64,000 nt of DNA from Acidobacteria bacterium RIFCSPLOWO2_02_FULL_61_28 (lineage in GTDB: Bacteria > Acidobacteriota > Terriglobia > 2-12-FULL-54-10). A model generated the notes under the pieces. That model did no database searches, had not been told where the DNA came from, and worked only from the letters and a program-made list of their open reading frames with translations. Below are positions 35,722-45,186 of this stretch, in pieces. Every line of letters starts with the position of its first letter. Position 1 is the stretch's first letter. The stretch is taken from positions 19,298 to 83,297 of the forward strand of contig MEKR01000164.1 in NCBI GenBank assembly GCA_001767035.1. The letters run 5' to 3'. Both the position numbers and the translations under genes were made by a program.

Positions 35722-37431
35722 GTGAGTACAGCCGCAAGTCGTTTGGAAAGCAGACCCGGTGAGGGTGGGGCCCTTGTGATTCCAGGCTTGGTCTTCCGAC
35801 TGTTCCCTATTCCCCACCGGCTTGGCGGGGGCCGAGGCTATTCCCTGTTCCCTGGGATCGCTGCCTTCGTCTGGATGGCAAGCTCCGCTGTCGCTCAGAT
35901 TGGCGTCTGGGAGACACGCGCCCCGTTTCCCCTGGAGGCGACCGAAGTGGCTGCGGCGGCGGTGGGCGACAAGGTATATGTGGTCGGCGGCCTGACCCCT
36001 GCCGGCTCGAGCAACCGTCTCTTCATTTACGATGCCTTCACCGACACGTGGCGGGAAGGCGCGCCGCTTCCGCTCCCGGGCGGCGTGGACCACGCCAACC
36101 TCGCCGCCGTCAACGGGAAAGTCTATTTTGTCGGCGGCATCCGCATCGGCAGCGACTTTGTAACCGGGCGGACCTTCGAGTACGACCCGGCGGCCAACAC
36201 CTGGACAGAGCGCGCCTCGATGCCGACGCCGCGCGGCGCTTCCGGAGTGGCGGCGCTCGACGGGCGGATTTACGTGGCCGGCGGCCTGACCGCCAGCGCC
36301 AGCGTCAACAACTTCGAGGCCTTTGATCCCGCCGCCAATTCGTGGGTTGTATTGCCTTCCATGCCCACCGCCCGCGATCATCTGACGGCGCAAGCGGTCG
36401 GCGGCAAGTTCTACGCCATCGCCGGACGCAGGAACGATAACTTCCGCGCCAACGAAGAATACGACCCGGCAACGAATCGCTGGACCGTCCGGGCACCGAT
36501 CCCGACGGCCCGCGGCGGCCTCGGTTCCGGGACAATCGGGGGCCGGATTCAGGTCTTCGGCGGCGAGGGACCGAGCGGCACACCCGAAGGAACGTTTCGG
36601 CAGAATGAGGAGTACGATCCGGTAACCAACGCGTGGCGCTCGCTGGCGCCGATGCCGACCCCGCGCCACGGCCTTTACGGAGCCACCGTCGAGGGCCGCC
36701 GCATCTTCGTTCCTTCCGGCGGACCAGTCGCGGGCGGTTTCTTTTCGACTGCCCACGAGGCGTTCTACCTCCCTCCTGCCACGCCTCCGGCGATCAATGC
36801 CGGAGGCATTGTAAACGCCGCCAGCTTTGAGGCCGCCGTCGCACCGGGGAGCATTGCGACACTATTCGGCACGAGTCTCTCGCCGGGGTCGCAGATCGCC
36901 TCGCGCTTGCCACTCCCGACCCAGATGAACGCGACTTCGGTTCTGGTGAACGAAGTCCCGGCCCCGCTGCTGTTCGCGGGCCCGGACCAGATCAATTTCC
37001 AGATTCCCCCGGGGACGCAAGCCCCGGCAAAGGTAGTCGTGCGGCAGGCGGGCGTCGAAGGCGCCCCGCGGCCGCTCCTGCTCGAACCGGCCGCGCCTGC
37101 CCTGTTTTCCGTCTCGCGGGACGGGCGCGGGCAGGGAGCCGTGCTCCATTCCAACGGGCAGTTGGTCTCCGCCGCGAATCCAGCGGTGGCCGGTGAAGCT
37201 CTGGAGATTTACTGCACCGGGTTAGGTGAAAGCCTCTTGCTGGTCGTGCCCGACGTGACTATTGGCGGAAGGCGTGCCGACATCTTGTTCGTGGGGAACG
37301 CGCCGGGCTTTGTCGGGCTGAACCAGGTGAACGTGAGGGTGCCCGCCGGCGTTACCCCGGGGCCGGCGGTTCCGGTCCGCTTGAATCATCTCGGCCGGAC
37401 CAGCAATGAGGTCACGATTGCCATTCGTTAG
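35722..37431 (+). CDS. Secreted Kelch-repeat beta-propeller protein with a Solibacter-type C-terminal domain. Start approximate (GTG near 35722 after the AAAGGAGG RBS).
   Basis: Six Kelch-like blades (VGDKVYVVGGL, VNGKVYFVGG, LDGRIYVAGG, VGGKFYAIAG, IGGRIQVFGG, VEGRRIFV). C-terminus INAGGIVNAASFEAAVAPGSIATLFGTSLS...LLFAGPDQINFQIPPGT. Confidence 0.7.
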   Translation: MSTAASRLESRPGEGGALVIPGLVFRLFPIPHRLGGGRGYSLFPGIAAFVWMASSAVAQIGVWETRAPFPLEATEVAAAAVGDKVYVVGGLTPAGSSNRLFIYDAFTDTWREGAPLPLPGGVDHANLAAVNGKVYFVGGIRIGSDFVTGRTFEYDPAANTWTERASMPTPRGASGVAALDGRIYVAGGLTASASVNNFEAFDPAANSWVVLPSMPTARDHLTAQAVGGKFYAIAGRRNDNFRANEEYDPATNRWTVRAPIPTARGGLGSGTIGGRIQVFGGEGPSGTPEGTFRQNEEYDPVTNAWRSLAPMPTPRHGLYGATVEGRRIFVPSGGPVAGGFFSTAHEAFYLPPATPPAINAGGIVNAASFEAAVAPGSIATLFGTSLSPGSQIASRLPLPTQMNATSVLVNEVPAPLLFAGPDQINFQIPPGTQAPAKVVVRQAGVEGAPRPLLLEPAAPALFSVSRDGRGQGAVLHSNGQLVSAANPAVAGEALEIYCTGLGESLLLVVPDVTIGGRRADILFVGNAPGFVGLNQVNVRVPAGVTPGPAVPVRLNHLGRTSNEVTIAIR

Positions 37432-37473
37432 CCCGGCTGGAGAATCCGTTTCGCAAAACAAGTTCTTGATACA

Positions 37474-37926
37474 ATGGATTCACGGTTCGAATCATCGCAA
37501 AGGAAACAGGAGGAAGTTGTGCGGAATATTTTTGGCGGAAAGATTCTGTTCGGATTGGCCGGGATGATGCTGTTCCTTGCCGGGTGTGTCCTGGGACAAC
37601 AAGCCGCGACCACCCAGAAGACCTTGCTGCACGTGTTTGCCTATACGCCACTCCAAGGCTCCACGCCGCAAGACTATGCCAATTTCAAGCGCGCCACGGC
37701 GGACATGGCGGGCAAAATCCCTGGTTTGCGGAGAGTTTGGGTGGGCAAGCTCCGGGAGCCACTTCCGGCGAGCGGCGAGATTCGCGAATACGGCGTCGCG
37801 ATGGAATTCGATGATCTCGAAGCCCTTCAGGTTTATGCCGGCCATCCCGCGCACAGTGAATGGGAAAGGGCCTACGAGAAGGTCCGGCTGCGTGGCACGA
37901 CGACTCTCGATATTCCCGGTGAATAG
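37474..37926 (+). CDS. Dabb-family (stress-responsive dimeric alpha+beta barrel) protein with signal peptide.
   Basis: Signal ILFGLAGMMLFLAGCVLG; ...LLHVFAYTPLQGSTPQDYANFKRATADMAGKIPGLRRVWVGKL...EFDDLEALQVYAGHPAHSEWE matches Dabb. Confidence 0.65.
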   Translation: MDSRFESSQRKQEEVVRNIFGGKILFGLAGMMLFLAGCVLGQQAATTQKTLLHVFAYTPLQGSTPQDYANFKRATADMAGKIPGLRRVWVGKLREPLPASGEIREYGVAMEFDDLEALQVYAGHPAHSEWERAYEKVRLRGTTTLDIPGE

Positions 37927-38374
37927 GTTGGCGAGAATCGTTAGGTTCGCGCTGGAAACCCTACCAGTAATCATCCTGTCATAGATCAGCAAAGAGATCA
38001 GCAAAAGGACAGGCGGCTGTGTCTTCCCTGCAAGCTGCAATTGCTTGCGTTTCTCAGTCGGGGGTTCTCACTCCTTAAAACAGTGAGAAGTGGGGATTTG
38101 GCGCAGGGGCAGTATCTCTTCAGCCCCCTCGTGCGGCTCCGTAACTATCACATATTGAGGCAGTTGAATTTGCCTGGATGTTGAATTCTTGCATTGGGGC
38201 AGTAAATTGCTGCATTTGCTCCGACCAGAAACACAAACATACGGTATAGGCTTTTGGGCGATGGAGAAGCTCGAAATGGCAATTCTGGAGTGGACGAGTC
38301 CATTTCGGCAATGATCCTGTCAGAAATTAGCAGAAGGCCAGGCGGTACTGCCAGCCTGCTGCGGAGGAGATGTT

Positions 38375-41300
38375 ATGGCAACCAATCTGCGGAGAAGAAC
38401 CTGGTTCGCATTTTCGATTCTGTTGTTGGTGGTAGCGGGTTGTTCCGCCACATTTGCGCAACTGCCCACCGCAACGATTCTGGGCACAGTGAAGGACAGC
38501 ACGGGCGCGGTCGTTCCCGATGCGACTATCACGGTACGCAATACCGAGACCGGACAGGTTCGCACAGACCCAAGCGGTCCGGACGGCTCCTACCGCTTTG
38601 TGGCGTTGCCAGTGGGGACCTACGAAGTCCGGACGGGACAAACGGGCTTCCAGACCGAAATCCGGAGCGGCGTGACATTGACCGTGGGCCAGGAAGCCGT
38701 CATCAATTTCTCCTTCCAGGTGGGCGCCATCGAGCAGCGGGTCGAAGTGACCGGAGAAGCCCTGTTGGTGAATACAACGAGCGGCTCGTTGGGAGGGCTG
38801 GTGGACGCGCGGCAGGTTGCCGACCTCCCGTTAAACGGCCGCAACTATGTGGACCTCACGCTGCTCCAGCCGGGAGTGGTCGAACATCGTCCGAACAACA
38901 AGAGCCTCTCAGGAGCCGGAACCTGGTTCAGCGCCAGTGGCGCGCCGCCGCGATCCAACTACTACCTGTTGGATGGGACTCCGATGAACAGCAACCAGGA
39001 CGCGTCGGCTGCCTCGGTCGGCTCGAATACCCTCGGCGTGGAAGGCATCCGCGAGTGGCGCGTCATCACCAACTCCTCGAGCGCCGAGTACGGCATGAGG
39101 ATGGGAAGCCAAATGACGATCGTCACCAAGAGCGGCAGCAACAGCTTGCATGGCTCCCTCTTTGAATACTTGCGGAACAGCGCGCTCGATGCCCGGAATT
39201 TTTTTGACCTCAAGACCGCAGTGGCGAACTGGCGCTTGCCGCCCTTCCGGCGCAATCAATACGGAGGCTCCGTCGGGGGACCGATCAAGAAGGACAAGCT
39301 GTTCTTCTTTGCCACCTATGAAGGGTTGAAAGACCGCTTGGGGCTGAGCACCGTCAGCAACGCGATTGGCGCGGGCTGTTTCGGTCCGGGTGGCGCAACC
39401 ATCACCAACACGGCCTGCCCGCAACTGGGGACGACCCAGTTGGTCACGATCTCGCCGGTGATCGTGCCCCTGTTGGCATTATTTCCATCCCCGAATCTGC
39501 CGAGTACGCTCTCCGGCCGGCCTCCCGACCGCGTCACGTTCCCCTCGTCACGAACCACGGATGAACAGTACGGGCAGGCGCGAGCGGACTATGTTATCTC
39601 GAATAACGATTCCCTGTTTGTCCGCTACACCGGGGACGGCGCGGAACGGCTCGAGCCCCTGGATTTCCAGCAGTTCAAACGGATCGGGGAGACCCGGATG
39701 CAGTTCGTGACGGCCTCCGACGTGCACACCTTCGGGTCGGCCATGGTGGGCACGTTCCGGTTTTCGACCAGCAAGGTGTGGTCCAACGAGGATTCCCCTT
39801 CGGGACTCAGTGGCCCCCAATACACGTTCCTGCCGGGGGAAGAGATGGGCCAGATCACGATCGGCGGCGTTACAAACTTCGGCGCGGATGGCCGGACTCC
39901 CCGGCGGAACGCCTTGGACCTTTTCACCTGGAGCGCGGATTTGTTCTATACCAAGGGGCGGCACAGCCTCAAATTCGGAACGCTCGCCAACCATTCCCGC
40001 CCGGATTATGTTCGAGGCGGGCAGGGCGCCCGCGGGACGGTCAACTTTGCGGATGTGGCCGCGTTCTTGCAAGGCAGGGCTACCTCGTATAACGGGAAAA
40101 CATTCGGGTCTTCCAGCATCCGGTCATACAATCACAGTAGCTTCGGATTCTATCTCCAGGATGACGTGCGGATTCGGTCGAACCTGACGTTGAATCTCGG
40201 CCTGCGCTACGAGTTCCAAACCGAGTTTAAGGAGGTGAACGGGAGGGGCAGCGCCTTGCGAGACATCCGGCGCGATACGGCCTTCACGTTGGGACCGGTG
40301 TTTGAAAACCCGTCGCTCAAGAATTTCGGTCCGCGGTTTGGGTTTGCCTGGGACGTCCGGGGAAACGGCAGGACGGCGGTGCGCGGGGGCTTTGGGCTGG
40401 TGTACGACATCGGCGCTTGGGGGGGGCAACTGAGCTTCACTTCCAACGCCTCGCTCCCCTTTTCGAGTATGAGTTCGGTCAACACTCCCAGCACCTTGAC
40501 GACCCTGCCCTTGTTTTTCCCAGCGACAGCGGTGGGGAGAAGTGTGCGCACGATGGACTACCACGTTCAAAATCCGCACATGCTGCACTACAACTTCACG
40601 GTGGAGCGTCAGTTGCCGTGGGAGATGGGGTTGTCATTAGCCTATGCGGGTTCGCGTGGAATCAACCTGGCCACGTCCTGGCCCTCGAATCCGCCCATCC
40701 CACAAAAGCTCCCCGACGGGCGTTTTTTCTGGGCCGGGAATGAGCCGCGGCCCAACCCCGCCTGGGACACCATCAACGAACAGACCGCCGCCGTGAATTC
40801 CTGGTACAACTCGCTTCAACTCGCCGTCAGCAAACGGATGAGCCAAGGATTGCAATTCCAAAGCTCCTACACGTGGTCCAGGCTGATTGACGAAAAACTA
40901 GGGATCGCGGCGGATGATAATGGCGGCAGCGCCACCATTGCCACTTCGGTGCTGCCGCGAGAAATGAATCGCGGATTGGCGGATTGGTCCTTGGCCCACA
41001 CCTGGCGCTTCAGCACGACCTACCGTATCCCGCAACTGTCCGGCTTGACGGGAGTACCCGCCAAGCTGCTGAACGGTTGGTGGTTCAGCGGCATCCTAAC
41101 GGCGCAGACCGGCCTTCCCTTTACGGTTACCACTTCCGGCGACCGCTCCCGCTCGCGAGACTCCGTCAATAACAATACGCCGAGCCTGCGGCCGGGCGTG
41201 GATCTGAGCAGCATTACCAGCGGCACCAGCGCCGGCTGCGCGGGAGTGCCGGCCGGACAGAAACTCGGAGGCTCCGTACGATACTTCGATCCCTGCGCTT

Positions 41301-41599
41301 TCGGGCTCCCGGAGATCGGAACGTTGGGTAACGTGGGGCGCAATACGCTCATCGCCCCCGGGGTGGCAAACCTGGATTTTTCGCTAGTGAAGGATACGGC
41401 GATCGGGTTCCTGGGGGAGGCCGGGAAGCTCGAATTCCGCGCCGAAATTTTCAACATTCTGAACCTGACGAATTTTGGCCGGCCCAGCCGCGCGGTCTTC
41501 TCCGCCACCACCGAGACGGCGTTGGCTGCGGCTGGGCGGATCACCGGCACCAATACCACCTCACGGCAAATTCAGCTTGCCTTGAAGCTGCTCTGGTAG
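38375..41599 (+). CDS. TonB-dependent outer-membrane receptor with an N-terminal carboxypeptidase-regulatory-like domain (Oar-like).
   Basis: Signal peptide; CarboxypepD_reg TILGTVKDSTGAVVPDATITVRNTETGQVRTDPSGPDGSYRFVALPVGTYEV; plug/barrel over ~900 aa. C-terminal ...QLALKLLW with terminal aromatic. Confidence 0.85.
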   Translation: MATNLRRRTWFAFSILLLVVAGCSATFAQLPTATILGTVKDSTGAVVPDATITVRNTETGQVRTDPSGPDGSYRFVALPVGTYEVRTGQTGFQTEIRSGVTLTVGQEAVINFSFQVGAIEQRVEVTGEALLVNTTSGSLGGLVDARQVADLPLNGRNYVDLTLLQPGVVEHRPNNKSLSGAGTWFSASGAPPRSNYYLLDGTPMNSNQDASAASVGSNTLGVEGIREWRVITNSSSAEYGMRMGSQMTIVTKSGSNSLHGSLFEYLRNSALDARNFFDLKTAVANWRLPPFRRNQYGGSVGGPIKKDKLFFFATYEGLKDRLGLSTVSNAIGAGCFGPGGATITNTACPQLGTTQLVTISPVIVPLLALFPSPNLPSTLSGRPPDRVTFPSSRTTDEQYGQARADYVISNNDSLFVRYTGDGAERLEPLDFQQFKRIGETRMQFVTASDVHTFGSAMVGTFRFSTSKVWSNEDSPSGLSGPQYTFLPGEEMGQITIGGVTNFGADGRTPRRNALDLFTWSADLFYTKGRHSLKFGTLANHSRPDYVRGGQGARGTVNFADVAAFLQGRATSYNGKTFGSSSIRSYNHSSFGFYLQDDVRIRSNLTLNLGLRYEFQTEFKEVNGRGSALRDIRRDTAFTLGPVFENPSLKNFGPRFGFAWDVRGNGRTAVRGGFGLVYDIGAWGGQLSFTSNASLPFSSMSSVNTPSTLTTLPLFFPATAVGRSVRTMDYHVQNPHMLHYNFTVERQLPWEMGLSLAYAGSRGINLATSWPSNPPIPQKLPDGRFFWAGNEPRPNPAWDTINEQTAAVNSWYNSLQLAVSKRMSQGLQFQSSYTWSRLIDEKLGIAADDNGGSATIATSVLPREMNRGLADWSLAHTWRFSTTYRIPQLSGLTGVPAKLLNGWWFSGILTAQTGLPFTVTTSGDRSRSRDSVNNNTPSLRPGVDLSSITSGTSAGCAGVPAGQKLGGSVRYFDPCAFGLPEIGTLGNVGRNTLIAPGVANLDFSLVKDTAIGFLGEAGKLEFRAEIFNILNLTNFGRPSRAVFSATTETALAAAGRITGTNTTSRQIQLALKLLW

Positions 41600-42067
41600 C
41601 CCTCTGTTCCGGAGAGGGGCTTCAAGGTCGCCGTATAGCGCACTTGCCGCCGATGACGTCATTCTGATCCCGCAAAGCGGGAGAAGAATCTGCACTTGGA
41701 GTTTGCGCGTGCGGTTGAAGTGCAGGTCCCTCTCCCGCTTCGCGGGATCGGGATGACAGCCCTTGGGGGGGGGTGGGGAATACCACCGCAACAATTCGGT
41801 CTACACCAAGAATGAACGCGCTTTTAGCGTCCCTCGTCTGGGTGAACGCCCTTCTCTTTCCCCGCATATCTTCCCCCATATTCATCACACAACCCGTGCT
41901 CCCGGATTTCGAATTCGGGTCGCAACCGGGGGGTGTCGCCCCCGGTAACACCCCCTAGACTTTTCTCTTGTTCGTGTTCCTGGTTTCGGGTATAGTAATC
42001 CTATCCGCGTATCGAGTTGGAGAGGGTCCCCCTGACATAAGGTAGTTTTTTGAGAAGGCAAGTGTAG

Positions 42068-45000
42068 ATGGGCAGTTTTCTCGATCGCCCCTCGCGAAGG
42101 AACGCAGTCTTTCAGGCCGCTCTTTGCCTTGCTGCGCTCCTGGGAGTCGGGCTTTCCGCTGGACTGGCGCAAGCGCCTGCGATCCAGGCCGCTTCCCCGG
42201 TTCCGCGCGCTCTCGAATGGGAGCGATGGTTCTACGGGCAGAGGAGCTACGGATTAGGCCACATTCCGGAAGGGGCGTTAACCCGCGCGGTCGAGCAGCG
42301 CGACCGGCCTCCGAGCGTCCGTGGATTCGACAGGCTCCCTTCGACTCCGCTCAGGGCAGGCACCACAGGCGGCTACCGAACTCTTGCCGAATCGCTGCCG
42401 GAAGCGGCCTCGGAGCGCTGGGTCGGCCTCGGCCCCGGCGGAATCAGTTCCATCCAAAACGACCTCGTCAGCGGACGAGTGACCAGCCTGGCCCTTGACC
42501 CTCGCGCCCCCTCGACCGTTTACGTGGCGGCGGCGGGCGGAGGCGTCTGGAAATCCACCAATCGCGGCGCGCGTTGGAGTCCCTTGACCGACAGCCTCCC
42601 CTCGCTGGCTTCCGGAGCCGTCGCCGTGGACCCCTTCTCGGGCGACGTCTGGTATGGAACCGGGGAATTGAACTTTTGCCGCGATTGCTACTACGGCGCG
42701 GGAGTCTTTCGCTCCTCGGACGGCGGCGCCACCTGGCTCCGGATCAGTCCAGAAAGCTTTCTCTCTTCTCCTACCTCCGTCATTGTGTTTGACCGCAGGA
42801 ACAGGGGCACGCTGTTCATCGGGCGCTCGACCGCGCTGTGGAAGTCGAGCGACGGTGGCCAGAGCTGGCAGGTGGTACTGCGGGGCGCGGTCACCGATTT
42901 CGTCTTGAATCCTGCCGACAGTTCCATCGCGTATGCCGCCATTGGAAACTTTTCCGGGAGTCCCGAAAACGGTGTCTACCGGAGCGCCGACGGCGGAGAG
43001 ACCTGGACGCGCCTTTCGGAGGGATTGCCTCCGCAAGCCTCACTGGGCCGCATCGCATTGGGGACGGCGCCGAGCGCTCCCTCCATCGTTTATGCCTTGA
43101 TCATCCGGTCCACAGATTTCAATTTGAACGGCCTCTATCGTTCGCTCGACGGCGGCAACACGTGGAGTCTGATCCCCAGCCTGCCCGCGGACATTTTCAC
43201 CGAGGATGGCCAAGGGCAAGGCGCGTTCAACCTGTTTGTGCGGGTGGACCCGCGGGATGCGGCAGTCCTCTACATAGGCGCGCGCGATCTGTGGAAATCC
43301 ACCGACTTCGGCGTCACTTGGCAGAACCTGAGCACGGTCGCCGGACTGCATGAGGACCAGCGCGACATCGTCTTTGATCCCACCGAGCCGGCGACGCTCC
43401 CGCAGACTTTCTATCTGATCGGAGACAGCGGCGTCTGGCGTTCTTCCAACGGAGGCCAGAGCTTCGCCAACCTGAACAGCACGCTCGCCGTGACCCAGTT
43501 CCAGACGGTCGGATTGCATCCCAGCAATCCCAACCTGGCGGTGGGCGGGACGCAGGACAACGGCACGGTTTTCTATCGAGGCGCGTTCGCCTGGGACCAG
43601 GGTCGCGCCGGCGACTCGGGCGCCGCCTTTTTTGACAGCGCGAACCCCCGCACCGTCTACACCGTTGCCCGAAGGCTTTCCGTGCGGCGCTCCGATGACG
43701 GCGGGCGAACGTTTCGGGTCATCGCGGAGGGTCTCGCGACGACCGACCGGGTCCAGTTCTATCCACCCTTGATCGCGGACCCGACCCAGCCCGGCACGCT
43801 CTACTTCGGCACGCAACGGGTTTGGCGCAGCCAGGACGGAGGCGAACACTGGACGCCACTCTCCGAGGACCTGACCGGCGGCGGATCCGCCACCGTCACC
43901 GCATTGGCCGTCGCTCCCAGCTCCTCGCCGGTTCTCTACGCCGGAAGCAGCGACGGGCGCGTGCAATTCTCCGGTGATGGAGGAGGAGCATGGTCTCTCG
44001 CTGCGCCGCTTCCGTCCCGGTTTGTCACTTCCATCGCCGTCCATCCGCAGCTTCCCGCTCGCGCGTTTGTGGGCCTGTCGGGGTTTGGCACGGGACATAT
44101 CTTCCGCACTGACAACGCGGGAGCCAGTTGGGAGGACATGACCCGCAATCTGCCGGACATTCCGGTGAACGCGGTCTTGGTAGATGCGCTGTCTCCCGAC
44201 CGGGTGTACCTCGGAACCGACATCGGAGTCTTCGTCCTGGGGCCGGACGGCGCTTGGGTGGCGTTGAATCAGGGGATGCCGAATGCAGTGGTCCTGGGGC
44301 TTTCCCAGAATCCTGCGACGGGGTTGCTGGTTGCAGCCACGCACGGACGAGGCGCCTTCGCATTGCTTCTGGGAGACCCGGCCGCGACCGCTCCGCGCAT
44401 TGATTCGGTGGCGAATGCGGCGGGTTTGGAAAACACCCCTGTGGCGCCCGGCATGACCGTGGCCCTGATCGGTTCCAGTCTGGCTGCCGCCTCGGCCGCT
44501 TCCACCAGTGCGACTTCCTTGCCTCTGTCCCTGGCGGGCGCGAGCATCACCGTGAATGGCGTTCCGGCGCCGTTGTTCTCCGTGGCGCCGGGAGAAGTGA
44601 ATTTCCTGGTGCCGTTTGGAATCACCGGGCCTATGGCGGAAGTGATCCTGCGCAACGGATCGGGCGAAGCTGCCGTGCGAGTATATCGGGCCGACGCCAG
44701 TCCGGGAATCTTTTTGAACGGTACGGAAGCGAATGTTTTCCATGCCAACGGTACGCGGGTCTGGGATTTTTCTCCCGCGCGCCCCGGTGAGGAGCTGGTC
44801 CTGTTTGCCAGCGGATTGGGAGCGGTGGATCCGGCCGTGCCAGCCGGCTCGCCGACGCCTCCCTCGCCGGCAGTGAAGACTCTTATCCAGCCCGCTGTCC
44901 GAGTAGGAGGGCGGCCCGCCGAAACGCGCTTCGCAGGTCTGACGCCGGGCTCGGTAGGACTGTACCAGGTGAACTTTATTGTTCCCAGCGGGCTCCTGTC

Positions 45001-45073
45001 TGGCCCAGTGCCCGTCGTCTTGGAATCCGCGGGAACAGCCAGCAACGTCGTCACCCTCCCGGTAGTTCCCTAG
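42068..45073 (+). CDS. Secreted BNR/Asp-box repeat beta-propeller protein with a Solibacter-type C-terminal domain.
   Basis: At least 10 Asp-boxes (SDGGATW, SDGGQSW, ADGGETW, LDGGNTW, TDFGVTW, SNGGQSF, SDDGGRTF, QDGGEHW, GDGGGAW, DNAGASW). C-terminus ...ENTPVAPGMTVALIGSSLA...PLFSVAPGEVNFLVPFG. Confidence 0.8.
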   Translation: MGSFLDRPSRRNAVFQAALCLAALLGVGLSAGLAQAPAIQAASPVPRALEWERWFYGQRSYGLGHIPEGALTRAVEQRDRPPSVRGFDRLPSTPLRAGTTGGYRTLAESLPEAASERWVGLGPGGISSIQNDLVSGRVTSLALDPRAPSTVYVAAAGGGVWKSTNRGARWSPLTDSLPSLASGAVAVDPFSGDVWYGTGELNFCRDCYYGAGVFRSSDGGATWLRISPESFLSSPTSVIVFDRRNRGTLFIGRSTALWKSSDGGQSWQVVLRGAVTDFVLNPADSSIAYAAIGNFSGSPENGVYRSADGGETWTRLSEGLPPQASLGRIALGTAPSAPSIVYALIIRSTDFNLNGLYRSLDGGNTWSLIPSLPADIFTEDGQGQGAFNLFVRVDPRDAAVLYIGARDLWKSTDFGVTWQNLSTVAGLHEDQRDIVFDPTEPATLPQTFYLIGDSGVWRSSNGGQSFANLNSTLAVTQFQTVGLHPSNPNLAVGGTQDNGTVFYRGAFAWDQGRAGDSGAAFFDSANPRTVYTVARRLSVRRSDDGGRTFRVIAEGLATTDRVQFYPPLIADPTQPGTLYFGTQRVWRSQDGGEHWTPLSEDLTGGGSATVTALAVAPSSSPVLYAGSSDGRVQFSGDGGGAWSLAAPLPSRFVTSIAVHPQLPARAFVGLSGFGTGHIFRTDNAGASWEDMTRNLPDIPVNAVLVDALSPDRVYLGTDIGVFVLGPDGAWVALNQGMPNAVVLGLSQNPATGLLVAATHGRGAFALLLGDPAATAPRIDSVANAAGLENTPVAPGMTVALIGSSLAAASAASTSATSLPLSLAGASITVNGVPAPLFSVAPGEVNFLVPFGITGPMAEVILRNGSGEAAVRVYRADASPGIFLNGTEANVFHANGTRVWDFSPARPGEELVLFASGLGAVDPAVPAGSPTPPSPAVKTLIQPAVRVGGRPAETRFAGLTPGSVGLYQVNFIVPSGLLSGPVPVVLESAGTASNVVTLPVVP

Positions 45074-45186
45074 CCCAATCCCGTCTCGATTTCTCCGTTG
45101 TTCGATCGCAAGTGCAGAAGCATTCTGCCGGAATCAGCCCGCCTAGGTTAGAATAGACTCAACTCAACACGAAGTGGGAGGCGAGC

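Noticed and set aside
32893-36756. Minus-strand ORFs 32893..34362 and 35389..36756; plus-strand 34554..35636
   Set aside because: Shadow ORFs opposite the DUF309/2-HADH, Kelch and radical SAM genes respectively.
37480-37500. GGTTCGAATC (tRNA T-loop-like string)
   Set aside because: Flanking sequence cannot form a T-stem or acceptor stem. It is the start of the Dabb-family CDS (MDSRFESS).
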